Shown here: positions 31,043 through 41,253 of the stretch, one piece after another | Layout of the letters: the number at the start of each line of letters is the position of its first letter | How positions within the stretch are numbered: position 1 is the stretch's first letter | Virus record (IMG/VR): IMGVR_UViG_3300037502_002304 | Location: 1-64,000 of that record | Direction: 5' to 3' (one strand) | Source of the DNA: a virus | Length of the DNA stretch: 64,000 bases | Translations under genes and position numbers: made by a program | The notes under the pieces: model-generated | Told to the model about the DNA's origin: nothing | The model's database searches: none | The model's input: only the letters and a program-made list of their open reading frames with translations

Positions 31043-32164
31043 TTATAATGCTTCCCAATTATTCTCAACCATATACCTATATTGAATAAATCCTCTAAAG
31101 TTATTACACCATCCTGGAATTCGTTTTACAGTTCTACCATCTTCAGAAAGAACAAATTTAATAAAAGATTTATACTCATCGTCAGTCATTGCTCTAGCAC
31201 AGTGCTCAAATGGACTCATATGTTTAGATTTCAACAATCTATCATGTAATTCAATATCTTTCTGATAATCAATTTTACCATCGAAAGTCATGTATGATAA
31301 ACGAGCACATCTAGCTGTAGCTATTTTAACTTTATTCTGTTCGTCATAGTCTTTAAAACCAGTATTATCAATTTTTTCAACTTCAATACGATTTCCTACA
31401 AAATCAATCATATCTCCAAATGGGATATGCCATTCCCCAGGTTCAAGAACTTTAGGTTTAGATTCATTCACTGCATCCCATAAAGATTCTGCTAATGCTT
31501 GGATATGTATTTCTGCAGGTGATTTAGATATTTTCCACCATTCTTCTTCAGTAAAATTTTGTTTACCATAGTAAGCTTCATAATCTTTCCTACTCCTAAA
31601 AACTATATTATCAGTATCAGATAATTTTTCATTTGGATTAATATATTGTGGGCATCTAAGTTCGAAGAAATTATCTAATTCAGTAGTAGTAACTAATACA
31701 GTATGCCACATAAATGGTTCAAGAAGACGATTACAGAGTTGCTTTGTTACATCTAATAATAAATGTTTATTTTCTGGTTCTATCCAGTTATCTCCATGCA
31801 ATTCACAAGCTCTTTCCACAGCATTGTCTTTTGCATGTAACCAACCTTCTTTACACCTATTAATAAGTTTCTCATCAGTAATATACGCACTTCCTTGCAT
31901 TCCTTTATGGTCTTTTTGCCATGCTATAGGAATAAAAGGGCATTCTTCAATCTGTTTAACCATTTTATTAAATGGAATAGCACGACTACTAGCTGAATTC
32001 CTACTAAACATTCTATGAGTCATTAACTCTGAATGAATAAATCTAGGATATGTAGCTAAAAATGATATAATTCTATCTCCTTGTTTATTTATACTATCTT
32101 GTACTATCTCTACTCCAATCTTTTTCATATAATCTATTTTAATTAAATTAAAGGGAAGTCCCAT
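31043..32164 (-). CDS. thyX: FAD-dependent thymidylate synthase (real start may be ~32128, MKKIG)
   Basis: ELMTHRMFSRNSASSRAIP, KQLCNRLLEPF, ARCARLSY and HMSPFEH motifs. Confidence 0.85.
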   Translation of the reverse strand: MGLPFNLIKIDYMKKIGVEIVQDSINKQGDRIISFLATYPRFIHSELMTHRMFSRNSASSRAIPFNKMVKQIEECPFIPIAWQKDHKGMQGSAYITDEKLINRCKEGWLHAKDNAVERACELHGDNWIEPENKHLLLDVTKQLCNRLLEPFMWHTVLVTTTELDNFFELRCPQYINPNEKLSDTDNIVFRSRKDYEAYYGKQNFTEEEWWKISKSPAEIHIQALAESLWDAVNESKPKVLEPGEWHIPFGDMIDFVGNRIEVEKIDNTGFKDYDEQNKVKIATARCARLSYMTFDGKIDYQKDIELHDRLLKSKHMSPFEHCARAMTDDEYKSFIKFVLSEDGRTVKRIPGWCNNFRGFIQYRYMVENNWEAL

Positions 32165-32178
32165 TAAGAGACCTCCCT
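32152..32178 (-). terminator. stem-loop after the lysozyme-like gene
   Basis: Imperfect inverted repeat AGGGAAGTC...GACCTCCCT followed by a T-rich run on the - strand. Confidence 0.4.
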
Positions 32179-32190
32179 ATAAATTTAACG

Positions 32191-32799
32191 CTATGGATTT
32201 AACAGGATAAATTCATGTTTTGAGAATTCCAGTAGGTAATCACTTAATCTAGTACCATAACTATCTGCCGGATTATATCTACCATTAGTTCTTAAGAATC
32301 TTTTTACTCCTGAAGCTCCTGCTAAATGTGCAGCAGCTAATAATCCAGCTTCTGTTATCTTTATACCTGCTATGTATTTACCTTCATATTTCTCAATAGT
32401 ACTTTCCAAGCGTTTTCTGTTAATTTTTAGAAGCATTATTATTGCTTTATCTTGAGCTTCTTCTGGAAAAATACTTGGATTTTTTCTAAATTCAGAAACT
32501 CTAAGTGACCCATATCCTACCTCTTTAAGTGCAGCCCTACCAAATTGGTATTTTCCAATATACCCTAATGTATTTACTACATTTGGATTATTAGAAGATT
32601 CTTTGTATGCTAAATGATTTAGAAAATTTTCTAATCCTAATGAATTTAATTTATGAAACTTTTCAGTTTCAACTTTAACTTTAAATCTCTCTAAATCATA
32701 TTCCATATTCTCTTCTAACATCTCTACAGGTAAAGTAGAGGTACTAGTAAATGTAGCAAAAGCTACACTTAAAATTAATAGAATAATTACTCTTTTCAT
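32191..32799 (-). CDS. secreted lysozyme-fold/lytic transglycosylase-like protein
   Basis: Signal peptide MKRVIILLILSVAFA; catalytic-type KESSNN, GYIGKYQFG and LLAAAHLAG motifs. Confidence 0.7.
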   Translation of the reverse strand: MKRVIILLILSVAFATFTSTSTLPVEMLEENMEYDLERFKVKVETEKFHKLNSLGLENFLNHLAYKESSNNPNVVNTLGYIGKYQFGRAALKEVGYGSLRVSEFRKNPSIFPEEAQDKAIIMLLKINRKRLESTIEKYEGKYIAGIKITEAGLLAAAHLAGASGVKRFLRTNGRYNPADSYGTRLSDYLLEFSKHEFILLNP

Positions 32800-32810
32800 A
32801 TAATATAAAT

Positions 32811-33047
32811 TTACTGTTTACTTCGTCGCTTTATTCTAAATAAAGTCTTATCTCCAAAGATTTCTAGACATAAATTTACAACTAAAAATGCTGGCCATAA
32901 TAAGATTATTAGTAAAAATATACATAAATCCATTAAAGTTATTTCAACTTCTTCTCTAAGATAAAATCTTTCTTTAACTTCAATGAAAGCCATAATTGAA
33001 GCTACAATAAGTCCTACTAATAAATACAATAAAACAAGTGTGTTCAT
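32811..33047 (-). CDS. small membrane protein
   Basis: Two hydrophobic segments with an LLWP motif. Confidence 0.55.
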   Translation of the reverse strand: MNTLVLLYLLVGLIVASIMAFIEVKERFYLREEVEITLMDLCIFLLIILLWPAFLVVNLCLEIFGDKTLFRIKRRSKQ

Positions 33048-33074
33048 AATATAAATAATTTAAATAGTTAATAA

Positions 33075-33626
33075 TTAGTCAATTAAATCTTCAAAATTTG
33101 TCCATCCTTTATCTTTACAAATAAGAACTAATCCTCCAATAATATCTGCTACATCATTTTTACGTAGTTCTTTAGAATTCTTAACTCTAGCTAATTTTTC
33201 GTCAAGTCTTGACCCATAAGGATGGTGTTTAGCAAATATATCTAGAGGTTTTAATGCAGAGTTACCATAAGCTTTATCCTTAGCTTTCTGCATTTTTAAC
33301 AAACTACTATAAATCTTTTCAAAGTCATCACCTTCTACAAAATTTGGTATCTTTAATTTATTTACTGAATCAGTTTTAATGTAAAGATCATTCTCCTGTT
33401 TTTTCATAAAATCAGAATATACTTTCATTGAAACTTCATCATTATAACATGTTCCTACAAATTCCCAATCTTCTGGAATCAATTCTGCTAATGTCCCTAC
33501 TGTATCAGAACTAATACTGTATTTGTGATGTTCTGAATAATTTTTACCTTTTTTAAAAAATTCGTTACTTTCCCCCACAAATTTATAAATATTCTCCATA
33601 TTATTATATTTTAATGATTCCACCAA
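33075..33626 (-). CDS. protein with a C-terminal DUF1599/nucleotide-modification-associated (MazG-like) domain
   Basis: KDKAYGNSA...RLDEKLARVKN...DVADIIG pattern; start may be at ~33599. Confidence 0.5.
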   Translation of the reverse strand: MVESLKYNNMENIYKFVGESNEFFKKGKNYSEHHKYSISSDTVGTLAELIPEDWEFVGTCYNDEVSMKVYSDFMKKQENDLYIKTDSVNKLKIPNFVEGDDFEKIYSSLLKMQKAKDKAYGNSALKPLDIFAKHHPYGSRLDEKLARVKNSKELRKNDVADIIGGLVLICKDKGWTNFEDLID

Positions 33627-35641
33627 TCTACTACTTTAGGGTCAGCTTTTAAAGGTACTCTTGTATAAAATTTAGCTCCAGCTCTTTCCATACAATCTTG
33701 TACTATAACAGCCACTTCATCTGCTAAATCTTCTTCAGCTTCTAATAATACTTCATCATGTACAATATTAGTAAACAGTACTTTAAAAAGCCATCCTCTT
33801 TTTTGCAATTCATTAAATATATAAACACCTGCTAATTTAGTTATTTCTGCCGAAGTACCTTGAATAGGATAATTATAGGATTTACGTTCTATTATCCCCT
33901 GCATTTTAAAGAATTTACGTACTTTTGGCTTATAATAACTATAAAATTTATCAGTTTTAGCATATTTATGATGTCTATATTCTTCCCAAAATTTAGAATC
34001 AATTTCTTTTTCTAATTGCTTATATTCATCAAAAAAATCTATAAAAGATTTTCTTCTACTAATGTCATTAAATTGCACATAACCATATTTAAGAGCATCT
34101 TCTTTACACTTTTTAAAATAATTTTTTACCCCTTTAAAACTATTAAAATAAGCTTCATAAATAGCATTTCCTTCTTCTATAGGAATTGATAAATTTTGAG
34201 CTATAGTAATACCTTGCCCTCCATATTGAATAGCAAATCCAGCACTTTTAGCTTTTTGTCTAAGATCTGGACGCTCCTTTTTAACTTTCTCTAATGGAAT
34301 ATCTTTTAAATCTTCATGGAAACATAATTTAGCAATATAGCTGTGCATATCTCCTAATTTTCTGTCGTAAAATTCCAACAGAGCAGGGTCTAAAGTCTTA
34401 TTAGCAAATACTACAGCTTCTTGACCACTATAGTCACAATTCACTAATTTATAACCTTTAGGTGCAGTAAAGCATCCTCTAGTTTCTCCATCAGCTGGGA
34501 TATTTTGTAAATTAATATGATCTATTCCTGTAGTACTATCTTTACCACCACAGGACATTCTTCCAGTTGCTTTAATTTGTGTAAAATTACTATGAAGCCT
34601 ACCAGATACTTTATTTATCTGGTCTAAAAAAGTTTGTCCATAAGTAGTTACAACCTTTTCTGCTTTCTTATACTCTAAATATAAAGGAATTATTTCAAAC
34701 TTATCTTTTTGAGGTATTAGTATCTTAGCTTCTACTGAATCTTTAGGCAATCCAGTTTTATCATCTATAGTAGTGATATCAATTCCTAATTCTTTAAATA
34801 AAGGTATCACTTGCTTTTGTGATGACCAATTTATAGAACATTTTCTTTCAGGATTAAACAGGTCTAATTGTCTATCAATATATTTAAATAAATTATGAGA
34901 AATGACCCAATTATCTAATTTAATTTTACACTCCTGAAATCTCTTATAATCCTTTTCCATCTTTGCAGCCCATTTATCTCTATCAAGATAAATACCGCAA
35001 TATTCTATATAAGCAAGTACTTTTACAAAAAGATTATCTAAAGCTAGAGCTCTTCTTAAATCCCATTTATCAATCTCTTTAAGCTGTTTGTTCATAATGG
35101 GTTTTAGGTATTTTACATCATCTGCTCCATATATAATGACTTTTTCCGATAATCCTTCTGTAATAATTTTACCTCTAATTTCCTTATCTAATTCTACCCC
35201 CCAATATTTATAAGCAATATATTTTAAAGATTTCCTAGCTCCTTCTATACCAGTATTTAGTACCATCTCTGCCAACATAGTATCATATATATTTGATGGT
35301 ACTATCCTTTGATGGTATAGAAACTTTAGATCAAATTTAGCATTTTGAAATATAAATGTTTTATCAGGATCTTCTAATAGTTTTTTATATTTCTGTAAAT
35401 TTACAGTAGAAGCATCTATAACAAACTGATCATTATAAGTACCTAACTGTAAGGAAAGGATCCTTTTAGTGTAAGGATCCAAACCTTCAGTTTCGGTATC
35501 AACTCCAATATACTTAAATTTATTAAGATATTTTAAACTATCTTCTACTGTGCAGTGCTTAATATTATTGCTTTCAAATATTATTGGTTGATTAGTTATA
35601 TAATATATCATAACTACTTCCCTCCTTATCCAACTGCACAA
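33611..35641 (-). CDS. polA: family A DNA polymerase with 3'-5' exonuclease (likely start 35611, MIYYIT)
   Basis: GVDTET, QNAKFDL, TGRMSC, NLQNIP, DYSGQE, RQKAKSAGFAIQYG, NYPIQGT and VHDE motifs. Confidence 0.92.
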   Translation of the reverse strand: MCSWIRREVVMIYYITNQPIIFESNNIKHCTVEDSLKYLNKFKYIGVDTETEGLDPYTKRILSLQLGTYNDQFVIDASTVNLQKYKKLLEDPDKTFIFQNAKFDLKFLYHQRIVPSNIYDTMLAEMVLNTGIEGARKSLKYIAYKYWGVELDKEIRGKIITEGLSEKVIIYGADDVKYLKPIMNKQLKEIDKWDLRRALALDNLFVKVLAYIEYCGIYLDRDKWAAKMEKDYKRFQECKIKLDNWVISHNLFKYIDRQLDLFNPERKCSINWSSQKQVIPLFKELGIDITTIDDKTGLPKDSVEAKILIPQKDKFEIIPLYLEYKKAEKVVTTYGQTFLDQINKVSGRLHSNFTQIKATGRMSCGGKDSTTGIDHINLQNIPADGETRGCFTAPKGYKLVNCDYSGQEAVVFANKTLDPALLEFYDRKLGDMHSYIAKLCFHEDLKDIPLEKVKKERPDLRQKAKSAGFAIQYGGQGITIAQNLSIPIEEGNAIYEAYFNSFKGVKNYFKKCKEDALKYGYVQFNDISRRKSFIDFFDEYKQLEKEIDSKFWEEYRHHKYAKTDKFYSYYKPKVRKFFKMQGIIERKSYNYPIQGTSAEITKLAGVYIFNELQKRGWLFKVLFTNIVHDEVLLEAEEDLADEVAVIVQDCMERAGAKFYTRVPLKADPKVVDWWNH

Positions 35642-35649
35642 AATTACAA

Positions 35650-36093
35650 TTATTTTCCTGTATGACCAAACCCTCCTCCACCTCTTTTAGTATCTGATAG
35701 AGAATTTACTGTATTCCATTCTACTGGAATTACTTTTTCAAAAAATATTTGAGCTACCCTATCACCTACTTTATAAGGAAAAGGACAATATTCATTACAT
35801 TCAAACATTATTTTCCATTCCCCTCTATAATCACTATCTATCTGTCCTGGACTATTCTTAATTGATAATTTTTCATCAAAGAATTTAGTAATACTACTTC
35901 TAGGAACAATTACTCCTTTATATCCTTTAGGAATTTCAGTAGCAAATCCTAGATTAACTAGATAATGACTAGGGAAAACTTTAGTTATTTCAGCAGCAAA
36001 TACATCAAAACAAGCAGCTTCTTCAGTTGCTTTTACTGGAAGTTTTGCATCAGGATGTACTAATTTAATTTTTACATCAATAGGTTCTGTCAT
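35650..36093 (-). CDS. dut: trimeric dUTPase
   Basis: AACFDV, PRSS, GQIDSDYRGE, GDRVAQ and RGGGGFGHTG motifs. Confidence 0.92.
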   Translation of the reverse strand: MTEPIDVKIKLVHPDAKLPVKATEEAACFDVFAAEITKVFPSHYLVNLGFATEIPKGYKGVIVPRSSITKFFDEKLSIKNSPGQIDSDYRGEWKIMFECNEYCPFPYKVGDRVAQIFFEKVIPVEWNTVNSLSDTKRGGGGFGHTGK

Positions 36094-36104
36094 GCTAATA
36101 ACTT

Positions 36105-37024
36105 TTAAACAATTTCACAATTACCTCCACCACAAGCGACTTCTCCTCGTAAGTCTGTATTATCAAATGTTTCTACTACTTTAGACAAATCAATATCTTT
36201 TAAGCTTTTATAAGCCTCCTCATACTCTTCTTTAGTACAAGATTCAAATGGGGCTTGCTTATAAGTATGTTCAACATAAGGAAGTACAGATATTCCACTA
36301 TATAAATCCCTATTTATCCACATCCAATTAGCAACTTCATCCCATTCATGTTCTTTAATAGATACAGTACAGCTTACATTATGAGAATTATAACCTTTAA
36401 TAAATCCAGGTTTAATCCACTTATCTGTAATTGCATGTACTCTATTCAATAAATCTATAGCTGATTCATCTCTAGTAACTGCTCCTTCTGGTGCTTTTTG
36501 CGGAACTTTGATAATAGCAGTAGTATCAGGATTAAAGTAATCATCTTCTAAAAGTTCTGGATGATGTATTGTTAGATAAGTATATAAAGCTTCTGTTTTA
36601 TTAAGCCTAATACGTCTCCAATAATATTTATCATGCCAAGCATGTATTCCAGAAGATGTTCCTAATACCAAACTAGTAGTCCCTGCAGGTTTTACAGTAG
36701 TAACCCTAGCAGCAGGATTAATACCTATTTTAGCTGCATATTCTCTATTAACTTGTACAGCTAAATTAGCAGCTTCTTCTATATTATAGTCAAATACCTT
36801 CATTGAAGCAATACCTGTTTGAGAAACCCCCAATAATGCCTCTTTTTCACAATTTCTACGCCAACTATCTCTTAGATAGTGGAAATCTGTATAACTTGCT
36901 TGAAGAGTACCAATAATAGTAGCAGCTTTAACTCTATCATTAAAGTCTTGCTGTGATACTAAATTAGAAACATTTACTTCAGTAAGATTACACATTTGTT
37001 CAGAATGTAGTGATACCTCATGAC
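36105..37024 (-). CDS. nrdJ: class II (AdoCbl) ribonucleotide reductase, exon 2
   Basis: Starts (T)GT CAT GAG GTA = C-H-E-V; contains CNLTEVN, TVKPAGTTS, YKQAPFE and C-terminal ACGGGNCEIV. Confidence 0.88.
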
Positions 37025-37862
37025 CTTTATTGTTAACACTCTATAAAGAGTGTGCCTAGTCATTTCTGCTAGGCTCTGCATATTACTATGCAGAACAGAC
37101 TATATCATCACCCATTACTGGGGCCTTTCGTCCAATAATTTGTATTTAAAAGAATCTGTTATGTATGGTCTAATACCTTTCATAAATTTATTAATATCTT
37201 TTGTTCTTAAAGTTAGATAATAATACTTACCGTTCTTATTTATATTCCACTCCAAATTTAATTTATCTTTTAAAGCCTTCTTTAAGATGAATAAATCTCC
37301 ATAAGAAAGTCTTTTAAGATTTAGAGTTACTTTATATGAAGGATTGACCATACCTATATTAGGTCTAAAATCTTTATAAATAGACCCATCACTCATATAT
37401 AAAAAGGATAAGGCTTCATAATCTAATAATTTTAAGGCGTGTACATCAATACTTTTATAGTTACCTACATATATTCTATCTCTTAATTTAGTAAAGAATG
37501 GGTGTGTTTTTGTTTCTAACCTATATTGAGGTTGTCTGCCTTCTCCTTTATCTACAGAATATATTTTAGTACTGGTAATGTTTTCTAAAATATCTCTACA
37601 TAAAAGAACATAATCTTTATTTTTTTGTATCATATTCATTATAAACTTGGCATTTTTCTTATACTTATACACGCCTCCGTCTCCCATTACCATAAAAGAG
37701 ACTAACTTAACCAATTCCTTTTTATCAGTGATTTTTCTCATAACAAATTATTATAGTCGTTACACAATTCATATCGAATTAGCACGGTATTGTCCTAGTA
37801 GGAGTTCTACCGTTTTTAGAAAGGTTTTCATAGTAGATTACTCTATTATGCCGCTATCATTA
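37025..37862 (-). ncRNA. group I self-splicing intron (838 nt) in nrdJ
   Basis: P1 CCGU/GCGG with a U.G pair at the 5' splice site; P3 CCUUUUC/GAAAGG; P7 GACUAU/AUAGUC; terminal G at 37025. Splicing restores NPCHE and a 623-aa frame (952+920 nt). Confidence 0.88.
37115..37741 (-). mobile_element. intron-encoded double-motif LAGLIDADG homing endonuclease
   Basis: LVSFMVMGDGG and LSFLYMSDGS motifs; lies inside the intron. Confidence 0.85.
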
Positions 37863-38814
37863 ACGGATTAAATCCCATTTCTGGATTATTAGTCCAAGAA
37901 ATACCAGGCTCACCACTTCCTGAAGCTTTAATGTATTCCCACAAATCAAAGAATGTTTCTTTAGTAGCTCTTGACCTTACTAAAACTACACTATTATTAG
38001 CTCTACCTCTTTGTGGATTTAATTCCCACCAGTTACCTGTTTTACAAGATAACATTTCTTTATCATCCACAGAGAATAATGATATTAGTGCTGCTCTTCT
38101 AATACCTCCAGATAGTACAGAATCAGCTATATGACACATAATATCATGTACTTCTATAGGCCTTAACTTACTATTATCAGGTTTATTATCTAATATACCA
38201 CGTACTTTGGTAATACATTCTTTTAATGGTTGAGGACCAGGTGCTTTACCTCCAGAAGTAATTAATAAACTACCCTTAGGTCTAATTTCCCTATAATCGA
38301 ATTCTATTGTAGAAGAAATCATACCAAAGTAGGATTTCATCAACATTTTAATAGCATCAGCCCACCCAACTATACTATCTTCTATTACATATCTCCTAAC
38401 TCTATTAGGATTAGGTTTTCTGATATAAGGTAACTGTTCAACATGATGTTTTTGAACGGAATATCCTACACCAGAACCACTTAGTAATAGAAACATAGCT
38501 TCTTGGAAGGCTCTATAATCATTCATAGCCATGAAGCTACAATTATAAAGTCTAGCAGGGTTAACATCTGCTGCAGGCCCTGCAAACTGCATACTCCTCA
38601 TTGAAGGAAGTACCTTTTTGTTTAAAACAAATGAATATGCCCATTCAATATCATCCTTTAATTTAGGAAATTTCTTCAGGTGCATATTCTTATTCCTATC
38701 TACAATCTCCTGCCAAGTTTCCCTACGATTTAAATCATAAAGATACCTAGCATACTTGTTAAAAATAGTAATCTCACTCAAAATCTCTCTACTTCTATCC
38801 ATATTACTATTCAT
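37863..38814 (-). CDS. nrdJ: class II ribonucleotide reductase, exon 1
   Basis: RRETW, LPSMRSMQFAG, YNCSF, GSGVGYS, GGIRRAALIS, RGRANNS and GEPG...GFNP motifs. Confidence 0.88.
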
Positions 38815-38831
38815 ATTAAAATATTTAGTTA

Positions 38832-39485
38832 TTAATAATTTTTAAGTAATTCATCAATTATTGGATGTCTCCAATTAGTCTTAAGACTATAATATCCTAC
38901 TCCTTCTACAATTTGGCTTAATTCACATAATCTTTTAAATCCAGATTCTTCTTTATTAATTAAAGCTTGATCTATATCACCACAGAAAATCATTTGAGAA
39001 CTACGACCTAATCTAGTAAAGAAAGCAATAGTGTCTTCTTTATTAAGATTCTGTGCTTCATCTACTATTACTATTGAATTATTAAAAGTTCTACCTTGTA
39101 CAAACATAGTAGGTACTATCTTCAATACTTTATCTTTAACTAGTTTATCGTAATTTTCACATCCTTCTATATCTGTGATAATTTCGATTATAGGGGCAAG
39201 CCAAGGGTCAAGTTTTTGTACAATATCTCCAGGAAGAAATCCAATATTATGTTCTTTTTTAAAAACTGGGGGTCTAGTAATTATAATATTTTTAATTCCT
39301 GAATTCTTACGCCCTAGAGCATACTGCTCTAGAGCATAAGTTGAAGCTAATCTAGTCTTCCCAGTTCCTGCTCTTCCTGCTAGACAAGTAATTACATTAC
39401 TTTTTATGACCTTTTTAGCTTCTAATTGATCTTTACTAAGACTTTCATTATACTTCTGGATTGGTGCTTTTGGTACTCTTCCCAT
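38832..39485 (-). CDS. phoH: PhoH-like ATPase
   Basis: GRAGTGKT, IGFLPGD, QGRTF, VDEAQN, TRLG and GDIDQ motifs. Confidence 0.88.
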   Translation of the reverse strand: MGRVPKAPIQKYNESLSKDQLEAKKVIKSNVITCLAGRAGTGKTRLASTYALEQYALGRKNSGIKNIIITRPPVFKKEHNIGFLPGDIVQKLDPWLAPIIEIITDIEGCENYDKLVKDKVLKIVPTMFVQGRTFNNSIVIVDEAQNLNKEDTIAFFTRLGRSSQMIFCGDIDQALINKEESGFKRLCELSQIVEGVGYYSLKTNWRHPIIDELLKNY

Positions 39486-39501
39486 AGATTATCTTTTAAA
39501 A

Positions 39502-40008
39502 TTAATCATCATAATAGGTTTCCTTAATTATATCAATTTTACTACTTAAATCTACATCTTCTGGAAATTCTTCTAAGTTAAGATAGTCTATCCATTGCTG
39601 AATCAATTCTGGATCTCTGTATACTACTTTACTGATTAAATCATATACATGCAGCGGATAATACTCAAAAGTAAATTTAATAATCTTAGCTTTACTTTCT
39701 TCACTAATCTTACTGTATTTACCGTTAATAAATTTAATATAATCTTCTAAATACTCATCTTTAATTTTTAAGATTAAAATATACTCATTAGTATTTTCTT
39801 TGTGAAAAAGGGCGTCAAAGATAGGAATATTTTTATAATAATCAAAAAAATCTTCGGAAATATTTTCACCGTCGATTAATAAGACTAATACTTTATCCTT
39901 ATCTCGATACCTTATAAAAGTATTTTTAAGATTATCTAATAATGTCTGAACATTTTTTTGATAATCAGATAGTACTAACGGTAAAATGTAATTTTTTGAC
40001 TTATTCAT
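39502..40008 (-). CDS. hypothetical protein (crAss-like conserved)
   Basis: 168-aa ORF; F..GKYSKIS motif. Confidence 0.55.
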   Translation of the reverse strand: MNKSKNYILPLVLSDYQKNVQTLLDNLKNTFIRYRDKDKVLVLLIDGENISEDFFDYYKNIPIFDALFHKENTNEYILILKIKDEYLEDYIKFINGKYSKISEESKAKIIKFTFEYYPLHVYDLISKVVYRDPELIQQWIDYLNLEEFPEDVDLSSKIDIIKETYYDD

Positions 40009-40041
40009 ACGCCTCTACCAACTTCACGATTAAACTTACTA

Positions 40042-41253
40042 TTAAGATGCTTTAAAATTATAAATAGGTTTTAAAATATCTATAACTTCTACAGTACCTT
40101 TAATATTATTTATAATTTCATCTATAGGCTTATAAGCCATAGGTGACTCATCTAAGGTATCTTTAGTTACAGAACTACTATAAATACCTGACATACTCTT
40201 AACATATTCATCATAATTAAGAGTTTCAAAAGCTTTTTTACGACTCATTAACCTTCCTGCGCCATGCGGTGCAGAACAATTCCATTCAACATTTCCTAAT
40301 CCTCTACATAATAATGTCCCCTCCTTCATATTAATAGGTATAACAACTAATTTATTTAATAGGGCACTTATTGCTCCTTTTCTTACAATATAAGTGTCAT
40401 CATCTATACTTTTTGCTATAAAATTATGAATAGTATTAATAGTTTTCACCCTAAAATTTAGATTCATATTTCTTAAAATAATATAAGCTATATAAGTTCT
40501 ATTTAATAAAGCATAAAGGGTTACTTTTTGTACATCTTCAATATAATTATCAAAGTTTTTTCCTATTAAAACAGCATTTTCTTCATTAATAGATCTTTGC
40601 TTAATCTTATTAATAGCACTCTGTATTTCCTTTTGTCTACCAGCAGCTTTAAGCCTATTAATAGTACGCTGTATTTTCTTCCTTTTAGAATCTTTTAAGA
40701 AATCTATAGCTACTTTCTCATAATATTTAGCTACTTGATAACCTAAACTTCTACTACCAGAATGAATTATAAGATATAAATTACCTTCTTTATCTTTATC
40801 TACTTCTATAAAATGATTTCCTCCTCCTAGAGTTCCTATAGACTGTTTAGCTCTTTCAATATCTACATGATCTTTACATTTTAAACTATTTAAAAGTTTA
40901 GTGATAAGTATATTATCATTGTAATTTTTATGAACATTTTTACCACTGGGTACAGTATATTTAATAATAGCATCTAATTTTTTAAGATCAATATCTTTTT
41001 CTTGAAGCTTAAAAGCAGTGACCCCACAGCCAATATCCACACCTATTAATTTAGGTGAAATCTTATCTTTAACAGTCATAGTAGTACCTATAGTACATCC
41101 TTTTCCAGAATGTACATCAGGCATAATTCTAATTTTAGAATCTTTATAAAAGGGATTATTAGCTAGATTTTTTATCTGCTTTAAAGCCTCATCTTCAATG
41201 TTATCAGTAAAAATTTTTACTTCTGATCCAAATTTAGTTTTAAAAGTCTTCAT
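40042..41253 (-). CDS. rtcB: RtcB-family RNA ligase
   Basis: MPDVHSG, GVDIGCG, GTLGGGNHFIE, IHSGSR, HN, SAPHGAGR and DESPMAYK motifs. Confidence 0.92.
   Translation of the reverse strand: MKTFKTKFGSEVKIFTDNIEDEALKQIKNLANNPFYKDSKIRIMPDVHSGKGCTIGTTMTVKDKISPKLIGVDIGCGVTAFKLQEKDIDLKKLDAIIKYTVPSGKNVHKNYNDNILITKLLNSLKCKDHVDIERAKQSIGTLGGGNHFIEVDKDKEGNLYLIIHSGSRSLGYQVAKYYEKVAIDFLKDSKRKKIQRTINRLKAAGRQKEIQSAINKIKQRSINEENAVLIGKNFDNYIEDVQKVTLYALLNRTYIAYIILRNMNLNFRVKTINTIHNFIAKSIDDDTYIVRKGAISALLNKLVVIPINMKEGTLLCRGLGNVEWNCSAPHGAGRLMSRKKAFETLNYDEYVKSMSGIYSSSVTKDTLDESPMAYKPIDEIINNIKGTVEVIDILKPIYNFKAS

Noticed and set aside
36105-38814. Intein, or two-subunit/frameshifted RNR
   Set aside because: Exon 1 runs into a stop, the endonuclease is a separate ORF, and group I P1/P3/P7 and the terminal G are present.
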